NCBI GenBank assembly: GCA_958009085.1
Contig: OY253671.1
Coordinates: 186,001-250,000, forward strand
DNA length: 64,000 nucleotides
Reading direction: 5' to 3'
Source: Protoeuglena noctilucae
Taxonomy: Eukaryota
The translations under genes and the position numbers were made by a program. This document shows, piece after piece, positions 16,376 to 27,385 of this stretch (positions within the stretch are counted from its first letter, which is position 1; each line of letters starts with the position of its first letter). The notes below the pieces were generated by a model that was given only the letters and a program-made list of their open reading frames with translations, made no database searches and was not told the DNA's origin.

Positions 16376-17831
16376 CTACTGCCCGTATTTGAAGGTGCAC
16401 CCCATCTTGTATGCAAGCTCGGGGACGACATGGTCGGCAAGGATGCATCCCATGCCTCCCCTGCAGCTAGCCCGAAAGGCACTGGCCGCCGTGCAGCTAT
16501 CCACGCGGATGACCCCTGCGCGCACATCGAGGTAGACGATGAAGGGGGCGTGGAGCAGCGCCCCGCAGCTGGGCGCTCATCAGCAAGGCGCAGTGCTGCT
16601 GCCCACCGGGTAGTCTCTGCAACACAAGCGCCGTCTCGTGTTCCCGGAACGACGCCACCTCGCGGCCGTGCAGGCGCTGGAAACTCTGACGAGGGCGGTA
16701 CAACCCTCCTGGCCCTCGGCAGCCCCCCAGGGCAGGCAGCCCCACGCAAGGCTGCGGATGGTACGAGGTGCTGGGCGACTCGGTGACTCGTAAAACGCGG
16801 AAAGGTCAGCGCTTGACACCCACGCTCTGCCAGCAAGCCAGGCCCCCTAAAGAGGGCATCGCACTTCACCCCACGCCAGTGCCCGTGTTCACCTTCCCTG
16901 GCTCCGCGTCCTGCCCAACAATCACGCAAAGCATCATCTCTTCTCTCGTGCCCGGGCGCTCCCAAAGCTCGCGGACCACCTCATCCGCCCAGAAAAGGGC
17001 ATCGGCTGGGCCGCCAGCCGCGCCGCGCCCCACGTGGGCCACCAGCAGGTCCCCCCGCTCGGAGCCCGCGAAGAGACCCAGCTCGCCCGCGGAATTCAGG
17101 AAGCGCCGGCCGCCGGAGAAGCCCAGCGCGGCCGCGGCGCGCGCGGCGAACTGGCCGGGGTCCGGCACGGCACGGCCCGACGGCGCGGCGCCGTCCCTGG
17201 GCGCCCCGGCCATGCACTCGTCCGCAGCCTCGAAGCCAGCCCGGCGGCCCGCGTCGCGCACGCGCGCATCCGTGCTGCAGAGCGCAGCGCGCAGTGACCG
17301 GAAAGCGCTGAAGCGCTTGCCCACGGGCTCCCACGGAGGGGCATCGTGCGCGGAGACGCCGGCCCCGTCGCGGGCGAACTCATCGCAGTACGTCAGGACC
17401 TGGGCCACCAACGATAGGTCGCCGACGCCCGCCTCCCGCACCGCCAGCAGGCCGCTGGTGCCTAGCCGCGCCGCAGCGTCTGCAAACCCGCGCGAAGGGT
17501 CGGGTTCTAGCGCTTGCAAACAATGTCAAGCCTTCATGATCCATCCAGATCGCATTTCCACGCGGAGTTCGTCACCCAGGTGCGGCGTCGGCGTCGCATC
17601 CAGAGAATTTGGCAGGACGCGCGCCCAGCCCTCCCCCGGCTCGAGGGCCTCGTTGATGTCCCCATCGACGGCCGCGATGGCTCCCTCTACGATCAAGATG
17701 AGACACTTAGGAGGCGGCTGCTGTTGCGCCGCCGCGAGGCTGTAGCTCGGGCTGGCGTCATGGCCGGTCCGGCACTCGAGGCAGTCGCAACGCGTCGAGG
17801 GACCGTACTCGCGCTTCCTCGGCCTAGGCAT
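16376..17831 (-). CDS. Conserved green-lineage protein of unknown function (resembles the Arabidopsis At5g11810-type family)
   Basis: Exons give CLILIVEG, GTSGLLAVR, KRFSAFRSLRAAL, LGFSGG, DLLVAHVG, RPRQSF. A last exon missing from the ORF track reads GVIRVD...ILADHVVPELAYKMGCTFKYGQ*, similar to the remembered family C-terminus EVAFKLWKAPKYGA. Confidence 0.7.
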
Positions 17832-18000
17832 ACGATGGTTGTGGCGAGGAACCAATATCGGCCAGAAGAAGCAGCAAATTGCATCCAAGGCACTCGTGCA
17901 ACGCCCATAAACGGATGGCGTGCCGCTGACACACTTTTCTCCTGCCTTTCAATAGCCAGCGGGGGCACGACGCCTTGCGACACGCGCGCAAATCCTCTCC

Positions 18001-20238
18001 TCACATCATGCGGACCTCGTACTCCCCCGCCGTGGTGATGTAGCGCACCCAGGGCAGCGCCTGGTAACCCGACCGCTCAATGACCTTGAGGTAGCGGACC
18101 TGCATCCCCGACACCGTGAAGTACGGGATCTCGTAGTTGACCTGGATGGGCCGCTTGGACTCGGCCACCTCCTCGCCCGACACGGTCGGCAGGCCGAACT
18201 TGACCCGCAGCAGCGCCTCGCGGCCCCCCGGCAGCGACTTGATCTTCCACATCAGCGCGCCCTGCTCCGGGTGGTACTCTGCGGGGCGAGCCGCGATAGC
18301 GGTTCCTTCCAGGACGCCCACGCGCGCATCCCGGACCCTTGCATGCCCCGCTCGCCGCACTGCCCCGTTGCGGACACCCCTGCATACGCACCCGAGTTGC
18401 CCGTGGACGCCTTGGACTCCGGGGTGGAGCAGTCGATGGGGAGGGGCACCGTGAGCGTGAGGTTGTGGGCCGTCGAGCGGGCCTTGAAGGCTGTCCGGGC
18501 GCGGATCATGTACTCGGTGCGCGAGCGGCCATGGCGCTCAATCTCGCACTCCACCTGGATCAGCGGCTTCACGCGGCCTGCGCGCCAAGAGTCACCGGGC
18601 TACGTCGACCCCGTCGGGACAAACCAGCTGGCCGCAGACCCTGCCCCACTGCAACCCTCTCGCGCGCCCTCACCGGTGATGCGGTACGTCATCAGGTCGA
18701 ACTGCCCGTCGGGCGGGATGAAGGAGATGGTGCGGTCCTTTTCAAAGTGGGCCAGGCGCACGCACTGGTGGAACTTGATGTCCTCCAACTCCACCGCCTT
18801 TTGCGCCGCGGCGCCCCGGCCTTGCGAGTCCAGGAGCACCTGCGGGGGCGAGGAGGGTGGCAGGCGTCGACGGGCGCACCCGGCACGGCGGCAGCCGGCC
18901 CGGTCACACCAGCGGGGACCGTGCATTCGGTCGCTCGCACGTGGCACGCTGTCTCGGCCAGTGCAGCCCCCGCCACCATTTGCCGGGCCCGGTCCCACTC
19001 GCCTTGTCGTTCAGGCCAAGCTTGCACTCGGGCATCCCTGACAGGAACGCCTTCATCTTGAGCGCCCCCAGCACCTCGCCCCGGATGAGCTGGCCCTGGT
19101 GGCTCATCAGCATGTTGACCTTCTCCACGACGTCCAAGAACACCTCGTTCTTCTTGTACCTGCGGGCGGGCGGCGCCGGGAGCCGTGAGGGCGACGCCCT
19201 TGCCCGCATGGTCAGCCCAGGCTCTCTGTGGCCGCTCGGTGCGAGACACACGGCACTTGATGCCATCAAGCGAGTGTCTCACTTGATGCCCTCGCTCCGC
19301 CAGCTGACGGCGTTCGTCACTGCCATGGGTGGCTTGACCATGCCCTCCAGCTTGTGCGCGTCCGTCTTGATGTACTCCTGCAGGATGGCCGCCTCCGTGA
19401 ACTGAGGGTACCCAAAGTCCATCACCTCGTCCAGCAGCTCGTAGACTGCGGGGCAGGGGGAGCAGAACCCTCTTCTCCTCCATGCCAGGGTTTGCTGGAG
19501 ACTTGGCGAACCTCCGCTGCCTCTCCAGATGCATCCTCTGGACACCCAGCACACGCGCAGGAAGCATTTGCTGCTCTAACAGCTCAGCGCTCACTGATGA
19601 CGAAGTTGTCGCGCAGGGATTCCTCCTCCAGCTCTCCGAAGTAGTTCTTAAACACGTCCACGAGCTGCGAGCGAGACCCAGGGCGCAGGCATGGCATGGA
19701 TGCGCATGAGTCGCGGTGCCCCCTGGGCCACAGCCTGGTGACAGGCGGACAGGGTGCGTACACCGCGCCAGCCGGGCCTACCAACTCCCTGCTGCTCAGG
19801 CAACGGTACCGACCGCACCGCACCCCACGGCGCGCACCTTGTGGAGGAAGGGCTGGAGAGACACGACGTTGGCGTTGGAGCTGGCTGACGCCACCACATA
19901 CAGGTTCGAGTACTGGATGTACACGAACGAGAACCCCTTGAAGAGCACCACGGGCGTCAGCTGGCCCTGCTCCTCGAGCTCGCCTGGGCACCAGGGGCGA
20001 GGCAGGGGTGCGTGAGATGGGGGCACGAGGGGTGCACACGCGAGGTGCGTAACCATGATCAACTGCGCACCAGAGCGGGTAAACACGTGCGCGGCCGCAA
20101 TCAGGGCATCGTGCCGGCTGCCTCACCCAGGTGGTGGACGAAGCGCTCGACGATGTGCGAGGGCACGTCCCCACGGTAGTCGCGGGACAGGATGACGCGC
20201 CCTGCCACATCGAGGAAGTAGATGGCCGAGGCGGGCAT
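18001..20238 (-). CDS. AP1M: AP-1 adaptor complex mu subunit
   Basis: [10 protein letters not shown]...[117 protein letters not shown]. Confidence 0.97.
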
Positions 20239-20347
20239 CGCTACGGAACTGCAGGAGACACGACGCGGGTGGCGGTGTGCAGGCGGGCGGCGAATGGCCT
20301 GGCGCTGGGCCGCAAGCGAGAGGGCCGACCCGGACGGCCAAGCACCT

Positions 20348-20871
20348 TCAAGCCTGGGCCGTGGGCCGCTTGGGGAGCTGGTCGACGTGCTTGACGATGT
20401 TCGAGAGCACGTTGGTGACGCCGCCCGGGGAGCCGTTGAGCGCAGCGAGCTGCGGGGGCCGGGTGCAGGAGTTGTTGCCGTTTGAGCCCCGCCGGCCAGG
20501 CTGGCGAGCCTGGCGGCCAGCCGGACAATCAAGGGCTAGCGGGGGAAAATGCGCGACATTTCCCGTCCGCAGGGGCGGCAACAGACGGCCGCGCGTCCCT
20601 CTCTGCCCCGCCCGCGCGGGGCGGGAGTTCACGGGCCATCCGCGGCATGCGCGCCCCGGCTGGCGCCCTGCCACCACTGGCAGCTCCGGAAACGCGTCCG
20701 TGCGGGCCTCCTGGCTGCCGGATGGGAAGCACGGGCGTCGCGGGCGCCCACCTGGAGCAGGGGCACCAGGAGGTGCTCGGGAACGTCCAGGCCGGCCAGG
20801 ATGCAGAGTTCGTGGAGGTCAGCCCTCAAGTTCTCGGATAATACAGTGAGGTTACGTTGCTGCGTGGCCAT
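20348..20871 (-). CDS. 73-aa MOZART-family microprotein (MZT2/GCP8-like); exons 20871-20752 and 20449-20348
   Basis: Spliced product MATQQRNLTVLSENLRADLHELCILAGLDVPEHLLVPLLQLAALNGSPGGVTNVLSNIVKHVDQLPKRPTAQA. The pattern VLS..L.EL...AG...LL.L..LN.SP..V...L fits the MZT2 three-helix core. Phase-0 GT-AG intron. Confidence 0.65.
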
Positions 20872-21230
20872 CATAGCCGGGGATCAGTGGAGCGGAGCTC
20901 GATCAGTCCGCGGAAGGGCCATCCGGGGACGAGAGCTGGATCTCCGCGGTTCCCTGGGCGATTCGCAAGCAAGAATACCCATCGGCACGCGAGGCTCTGG
21001 GGGAGGAAGCGCGGGGCCCTGCCAGTCAGCGAAACTTCAGCGTCCACGCCGAAAGTCCGTTGCATGTGGACCACAGCCGCGCTGTGCATTTCTCCTGTCA
21101 ACAGTTTGATTGGGAAGCTTGCAACTTGGCTACTTGCTGCAGGGAGGGGTCCACACACGACGCGCAACCCGCCATCAGCGTCCACCGTCGCGCTCGCTAG
21201 CGGCGTCCAGGCAGCTGGTGCTGAGAGGAG

Positions 21231-22747
21231 ATGGGGGATTTCGGCGGGATGGCTGGCGTGAGCCAGTTCGCTGGCGGCTTCATGCCGACCACGCAGGCCG
21301 CGGGCGGACCCTCTCCCGGCCAGCAGAGGTGATGTCCGATGCGCTCGCGTCCACGCGAAAGTTCTTTGCCTTCTTAGGGTTTCGTTGGCATGCTTCGCGG
21401 ATGCCGTCAGGCTCTGTGGACCCGGCAACGCTGCCTTGACAAGGGCACGCGAATTCGGATGGCTCGGAGCGCGCTCGATGGGGCGCAGGCGCCATATGCG
21501 CTCCCTTCCTCACCAGATGTTTCTCGGCCGCTTGGCGCGAGGCGCTTGCGGATGGGCTCCGCCCCCTGTGCCCTCGCCGGCCCGCCGCGCTGTGCATGCT
21601 GTGTGCGTCGCATTTCCCGTCCTCTGCCCCCGCGCGCGCAGGTCCGAGACGAGCAAGCAGTCCTTGCGCCCGCTGACGGTCAAGCAGCTCGCGGATGCGA
21701 ACGCGGCCTCGGGCGGGGCCGAGCTGCTGCTCGACGGTGAGCCTGTCGAGAACTTCACTCTGGTGGGGAAGATCAGGCGAGGGCAGGCCTGGCTGCCGCG
21801 GCACGCGTCAGCTTCGCTGCTTAGCTGCGCCGTGCTCTCGTTCGTCGCCGAACTCGGTCGCGCCTCGCGCAGGAGCACGCACCCGCTGCCCACGTACCTG
21901 GAAGTCAAGCTGGACGACGGCACGGGGGTGGCGGACGTGCGCCTGTGGCTCGACGAGGACGCGACGGCGTCTGCGGCGCAGGTCGCGGAGCTGCAGCCCG
22001 GCCGATACGTCCGCGTGTACGGCGCGTTCCGCAGCGTCGCAGACACCCCGAGCATTCAGGTCCGGGCCAGCGCGTGCCGTGTGGCGGTCTGCGCGCGGGA
22101 CGCGTGCCTCCGTGACACTCCGCACCTGCGCTGAACGCGCAGGGGTTCAAGGTCCGCCCGGTGACGGACTTCAACGAGGTGGTGTACCACCCACTGGACG
22201 TCATCTTCGCGCACCAGATGCTGCAGAAGAAGGCCCAAGGTGACGAGGCTGCCGGCTTGGGGACATTGTGAACACGGGGCGCACCCGGCGGCGGCAATGA
22301 CCCGGCCCCGCTGTCCCACTGTGCAGGCGTTCCCACGTCCATGACCGTGGGCCAGGGCGCGCCCGCGGGCAACTTCGGCGCGCCCGCGGCGGCTGGGTGG
22401 GGCGCACCGGCCGTCCACGCGGTGCAGACCCACGGGGGGAGCGGCATGAGCCCCGTGGCGGAGGCGTGCATGCGCGTTTTCAATGAGGACGGTGCGTGCG
22501 AGAGAGAGCGGGTGAAGCTCCCCGTTGTGCGCGTGCCTTCTCTTGGTCCCCGCCTCACGCTTATCGGCCAGCCTCGCCCGCAGTTGCTGCTCGGTCCGAC
22601 CGGGGCCTCCATGTGCACGAGCTCATGCGCAAGCTCAGCAACCGCTTCAGCGAGGGGCAGGTGAACGAGGCCCTCGACTTCCTGCTCCAGGACGCGCAGA
22701 TCTACTCGACAATCGACGACAGCCACTTCAAGTCCACGCTGTTCTGA
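21231..22747 (+). CDS. RPA2: Replication protein A 32 kDa subunit
   Basis: FAGGFMP, LRPLTVKQL, LDDGTG, YVRVYG, VRPVTDFNEVVYH; winged-helix C-terminus IYSTIDDSHFKST. Confidence 0.95.
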
Positions 22748-22830
22748 GCGGCGCACACGGGTGCCGCGTCTACTGCGGCCGGCAACCGTGGCCGTCGCGG
22801 GGCATGGCTAGCACGAGGGGAACGGGGCGA

Positions 22831-23821
22831 TTAGTGGGGGATAGCGTTGACGTTGACGGCGAGGATGGCGAAGCCCAGCGCGTGGCCCAGGGCGCCCCAC
22901 GCCATGACGTCCACCAGGTTGAAGCCAGCAGGGTCGTTGGTGGTCTGGAGGAAGGAGGCCTCGGCCGCGAGCCTGTCACCCGCCTCGAGGTGCGTCATGC
23001 CGTTCTGCTTCGGCAGACCCGCGGACGCGACCTGGGAGGGCGGTGGCAGGGAGGCAGGTTTCCGCACCGCGGGAGGGGAAAGCGCTGTGGCAGAGGGGCT
23101 GCAAGGCATGGGAGCCGAGCAGCCAGCGGCGGCTCTGGCCGGCCGAAACAGCATGCGCCGGGGCGCGGACTCACGCGGTCGCGCTGGTAGGGGAGGAAGA
23201 CGAAGCGGCCCAGGCCCAGCATCACAGCGTTGGCCCCCGAGATGACGAGCTGCGAGTCGGTGAAGAGCTCGGCCCGGGTCACCTGCGCTCAGAGCCACGC
23301 GTCCGCTGCGTCAGCGAGGGCACCGGGAAGGCGCAGGCGGCGCGAGGGGAGCGGGGCAAGGGGATGCAGGGCAGGATCCGGGCCCCGGGCGCCGCTGAGG
23401 GAGCCGGGGGGGCCCTCTCGCAGCCCGGTTTGTGCGATAGATCAAATAAGACTCATCGCGTCGCAACTCCCGTCGTCCGGTAACGAGCACGAGGAGAACG
23501 CCGCGGGCGGGAGGTTGCCTCGTATCTCAGCCCTCGCCCGCCGGCATGCCGCGATTCGGCGCCGCGATCCCACCGCGACGAGCAGATTAGCTACCGAAAA
23601 GCGCGTGGTCCCCGGCGCAAGACACCCAGGCTCGCCCGGGACCTTTTCTCCAGTGCGCTGGACCGGGGCGCCGCTCCTGGGCGACAGCGGCCCCGGCACA
23701 GCTGTCGCCGCCAGCTCTAGTGCAGATTCACCTGGCGCGAGCCGCGCTGGCCAACGGCCTGCACGGACTTGGCCACCCGCTGCTGGAGCGGGGTCCGCTG
23801 AACGAGCATGGAGGCCTGCAT
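22831..23821 (-). CDS. PSAG: Photosystem I subunit G; exons 23821-23732, 23282-23175, 23031-22831
   Basis: Transit peptide [15 protein letters not shown]...; [51 protein letters not shown]. Confidence 0.95.
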
Positions 23822-24312
23822 GGTCGCTACGGCTTCCAAATATACGATTGGGAGTGGCGGACTGATTTTTTTTTCTTTTGCCAATGAGGATTCAAAGAGA
23901 TGACTGCTAGGGCACCCTCAAAACCCTACCCGCGAGAAAACCCGAAGAAAGAGACTGATGGGTCGCGGGGGAAAACGGCGGAATTGACCCCGCCATCCGT
24001 CATAACGTGCACACCCAGTCTGACGGGGATCAGGGCGGGCCTTCGTCTTGCTTTCTTCGATGTAGCGTGCGCTGTGCACACTGCTTGCCCGCCTGCGCCC
24101 CTCAGCAGGTTGTCAAGCTGTTGAGGGTGGCGTGACGCGCCCAGTGCACAGCCTCTCACTGAGCATTGTCAAGATCAGGTCCTGATCTCTTCTCGCCACT
24201 GCGGCAAATGACTGGTTGTCTGTCAAGGGACTGGGATAGTCGAACTTAAACGAAATCTGTCACCGGGCTCGCCAATGCCTAGGCGCAGCAGGGCCAGCCA
24301 GCTTCAGCGAGT

Positions 24313-26080
24313 TTAGGCGGAGGGGGTGAAGCGGGTCGCGTAGGCCCACGCTGCGGGGGCGGAGAGGAGGAAGACGTCAGCAAGGTGCGGCCTTGGATCG
24401 ACCGCCGGGCTGACGCCACCCCCGCGAGCCTGTGCGGGTGCAAGAGCGCAGTCCCATCACGGTGCAGCGCGCCTCACCGTTGTTCGCGCCGGGGTCCGCG
24501 AGGTGCTCGTTGAGGTTCTCGATGGGGCCCTTGCCCGTCACGATGGCCTGCACGAAGAAGCCGAACATGGAGAACATGGCCAGGCGGCCGTTCTTGATCT
24601 CCTTCGTCTTGAGCTGGGCGAACGTGTCGGGGTCGTCAGCCAGGTTCAGGGGGTCGAAGGGGCCACCGGGGTAGAGGGAGTCGAGGCCCTCGATGCCGGG
24701 GGCAGAGCCGTTGGCGCGGAACGCCTCAGCCTGGCCCATGAGGATGACCTGGACGGCCACCGTCGCGACGATGGACTGCGGATACGGAGAGCGATGATCG
24801 TGTTGCGGCTGCTGGCGGATCAGCCAGGCCCAGGCTCAGCCCTGGCCGCCATCTGCGCTGGCCGCCCCGGGCATGCCGTCACCTGGGCGTGCACGATGTT
24901 CTCGTTGCCGAGGTAGTTGAGGCCGCCCTCCTGGAAGATCTGGGCACCGGCGCGGAACCACACGGGCTCGCCGAAGGACACACCGTTGCCGGCGAGGATC
25001 TCGGGGGTCACGCAGCCGAGGGCGCCGAGCATGGCCCAGCGGGCGTGGATGACCTCCAGCTGGCGGTTGCGGGCGAAGGTCTCGGGGTCAGCCGACAGGC
25101 CGGCCGTGTCCCAGCCGTAGTCACCGGGGAACTCGCCTGCGGAGACCCGACCACAGCGCCCGTCAGCACTTCCTGCCGTGTGCACCACGCATCACCGCTG
25201 CGACGAAACTGCCGTCTTGCCAAGCAGCCTCTCACCCGTCAGGTACGCCGGGGGCTCGCCCGAGAAGGGGCCCAGGAAGAGGCCGCGGTTGGGGCCGTAG
25301 CCGGTCCCGTCCGAGCCGACGACCTTGGAGGCCGGCTTCTTGGCGGCCGCGCCCTTGCCCTTGGCGACGGTGCGGCGCATGGTGGTGGCCTGCGGGCGCC
25401 GGGAGCCGAGGCGGGGTGAGGGAGGGGCGCTTGACAAGGTGCCTGGCTGGCCTGCTCCGCGGCCGTGTCCCGGGCCCGATCGCCCGCGCGACACCGAAGC
25501 GCGGCACAAACGGTAGCGACGAAAGCGAGGGGCACCACGCGAAAGCCGCAGCGGCGCTGATGAGGCCGCGCGGGCTCGCCCCCCCATGTCGGGCTTCCGA
25601 GATCCCGGTCGATCGGGACCCGGCGCGGGCGCATCCCGGGCGCCACGGACGCGACAGGCGCGGCCGGATGCGGGGATGCGGCGGGGGAAGCCGTCCCCGC
25701 CGGGAAACGGCCCTCGGGGCGATAACGGCCGGCAGATCCCATGGCAATCAGGGCCCCGATGGATGGCCGTGTCTCGCGCACCAGCGGCTCCGGAAAGCGG
25801 GTGCCCCGCTCGCGGCCGCGGAAATGCTTTCGAAAGCGCGGGGGTGAGGGGCGCCGGGCCCGGGGTGGGCGGGCAGCCGAGATTGCCTGCTCATCCCGAG
25901 CCCGGGCTCGCAGAGCGCAGGGGGGGGCACTCGGGGCCTTGCAACGCGCTCGCGAGGCGCAAACGCGCACATCGCATCGCGGGAGGGGGGGCGGGTGGGC
26001 GGGGGGCGTGCACAGCTCACCTGCTTGGAGCCGGCCTTGGCCACCGTGAGCTGGCGCGAGACGGTCTGAGCGAACGACAT
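24313..26080 (-). CDS. LHCBM: Major LHCII protein (LhcbM-b, mature N-terminus RRTV); exons 26080-26021, 25389-25236, 25136-24883, 24775-24478, 24350-24313
   Basis: MRRTVAK..., [54 protein letters not shown]. Confidence 0.97.
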
Positions 26081-26315
26081 GGTGACGGGAGTTGAACGAC
26101 TGGAAGGGATCCCAACCTTTCTCGCCCATCTGCCGCAGGCACGGGCGCAGATGAGCCCCGGGGCCCGGATCCAGGTGGGTTACCCTGCCAGCCATTCGCC
26201 AGCGAGCTGTGGACCGGTCAACAGTGCCCTGATGCCTTGGATGGTGAGCCCAGATGAACCATACAGCATCTCTGCACGCGGACGCGGCTCCGGCCCCCGG
26301 CCGGACCCGGGGAGG

Positions 26316-27205
26316 ATGGAGGAGGAGGCGTCCGACGCGTCCCTGGACTTTGCGCCTCCCGCGGCCGAGGGGATCGACGTCCACCATCACACGTGGGGTC
26401 TCCCCGATATTGGTGCGCCGATGATGCGTCGGGGGGGTGCCTGGGGTCCCGAGCGCCGCGCGCGAGCTCCGTCAAGCCCTGGCTCGCAGGGCACCTGGCC
26501 GTGTGGTCCGTCTCCAGCGCCAAGCAGGGCTGTGGGGTCGAGGTCCTCCGCGACAATCGGAAAGACACCTTCTGGCAGTCCGACGGCCACGTGCCCCACG
26601 TCATCACGGCCTCCTTCCAGCGGCGCGTGACGGTCTCCGCCGTGCAGCTCTACCTCGACTTCCAGCTCGACGAGAGCTACACGCCGACCAAGATGGCCAT
26701 CAAGGCGAGACTCGTGGGTGTCGTGCTCGCCACCCCACCGCATCCCGGCTGTTCAACGGCCAGTAAGACCTCATGTGCAGGTCAGCCCCAACGGCACACA
26801 AGGGGACATGCAGCTCTTGAGCTCCCTGAACGTGGAGGAGCCGCGGGGGTGGATCACCGTGTGGCTGCCGGACGAGGAGACCAAGGAGGGCATGCAGCTG
26901 TGGAAGCTGGCAGTCGGTGCGCGCAGCTGTGTCGCTGTTGTGTGCTCGCGTTCATGTTCATGCGCAGCACGCACGTGGAGCACATTGATGCGCTCGCGAC
27001 TTGGCAACTCCCCATGCGCTGCACGCGGCATCATGGGCCTTGCCTCGCCTGGCCCGCAGAGATCCAGCAAAACCACCAGAATGGCCGGGACTCCCACGTC
27101 AGGCTCATCTCCTTGCTCGGCGCCGCGGGCCGGCCCGATGGCAAGTCGGGGGGATTCGAGGGGGCCATGCTGTCGCTCGGTAACAACGCTTCAATGATTC
27201 GATAG
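26316..27205 (+). CDS. APC10: Anaphase-promoting complex subunit 10 (DOC1)
   Basis: IGHLAVWSVSSAKQGCGVEVLRD, TFWQSDG, LDESYTP, EPRGWI, NHQNGRDSHVR. Confidence 0.95.
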
Positions 27206-27385
27206 TCGATCGCCCTGTCAGCCAGGCATCCGCCGGGACGTAGCTTGCAGACGAGGCACAGACTGGGGACGCGTGGGGCCAATGGTGCGGCGCTTGAAGC
27301 CACGCTGCAGGGGGTGGGATGGGTGGCGCTTGCACAGCGCCGGCAAGCACCGTCGAAAACGCGGGTGGTACTCGAACGTCAGCCG

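Noticed and set aside
22831..23821. PsaK call
   Set aside because: GRFVF..YQR and QNG.TH.EAGD are PsaG signatures.
23866..23879. Poly-T run upstream of PsaG as a terminator or retroposon tail
   Set aside because: No hairpin, Pol III gene or target-site duplication; likely a promoter/UTR A-tract.
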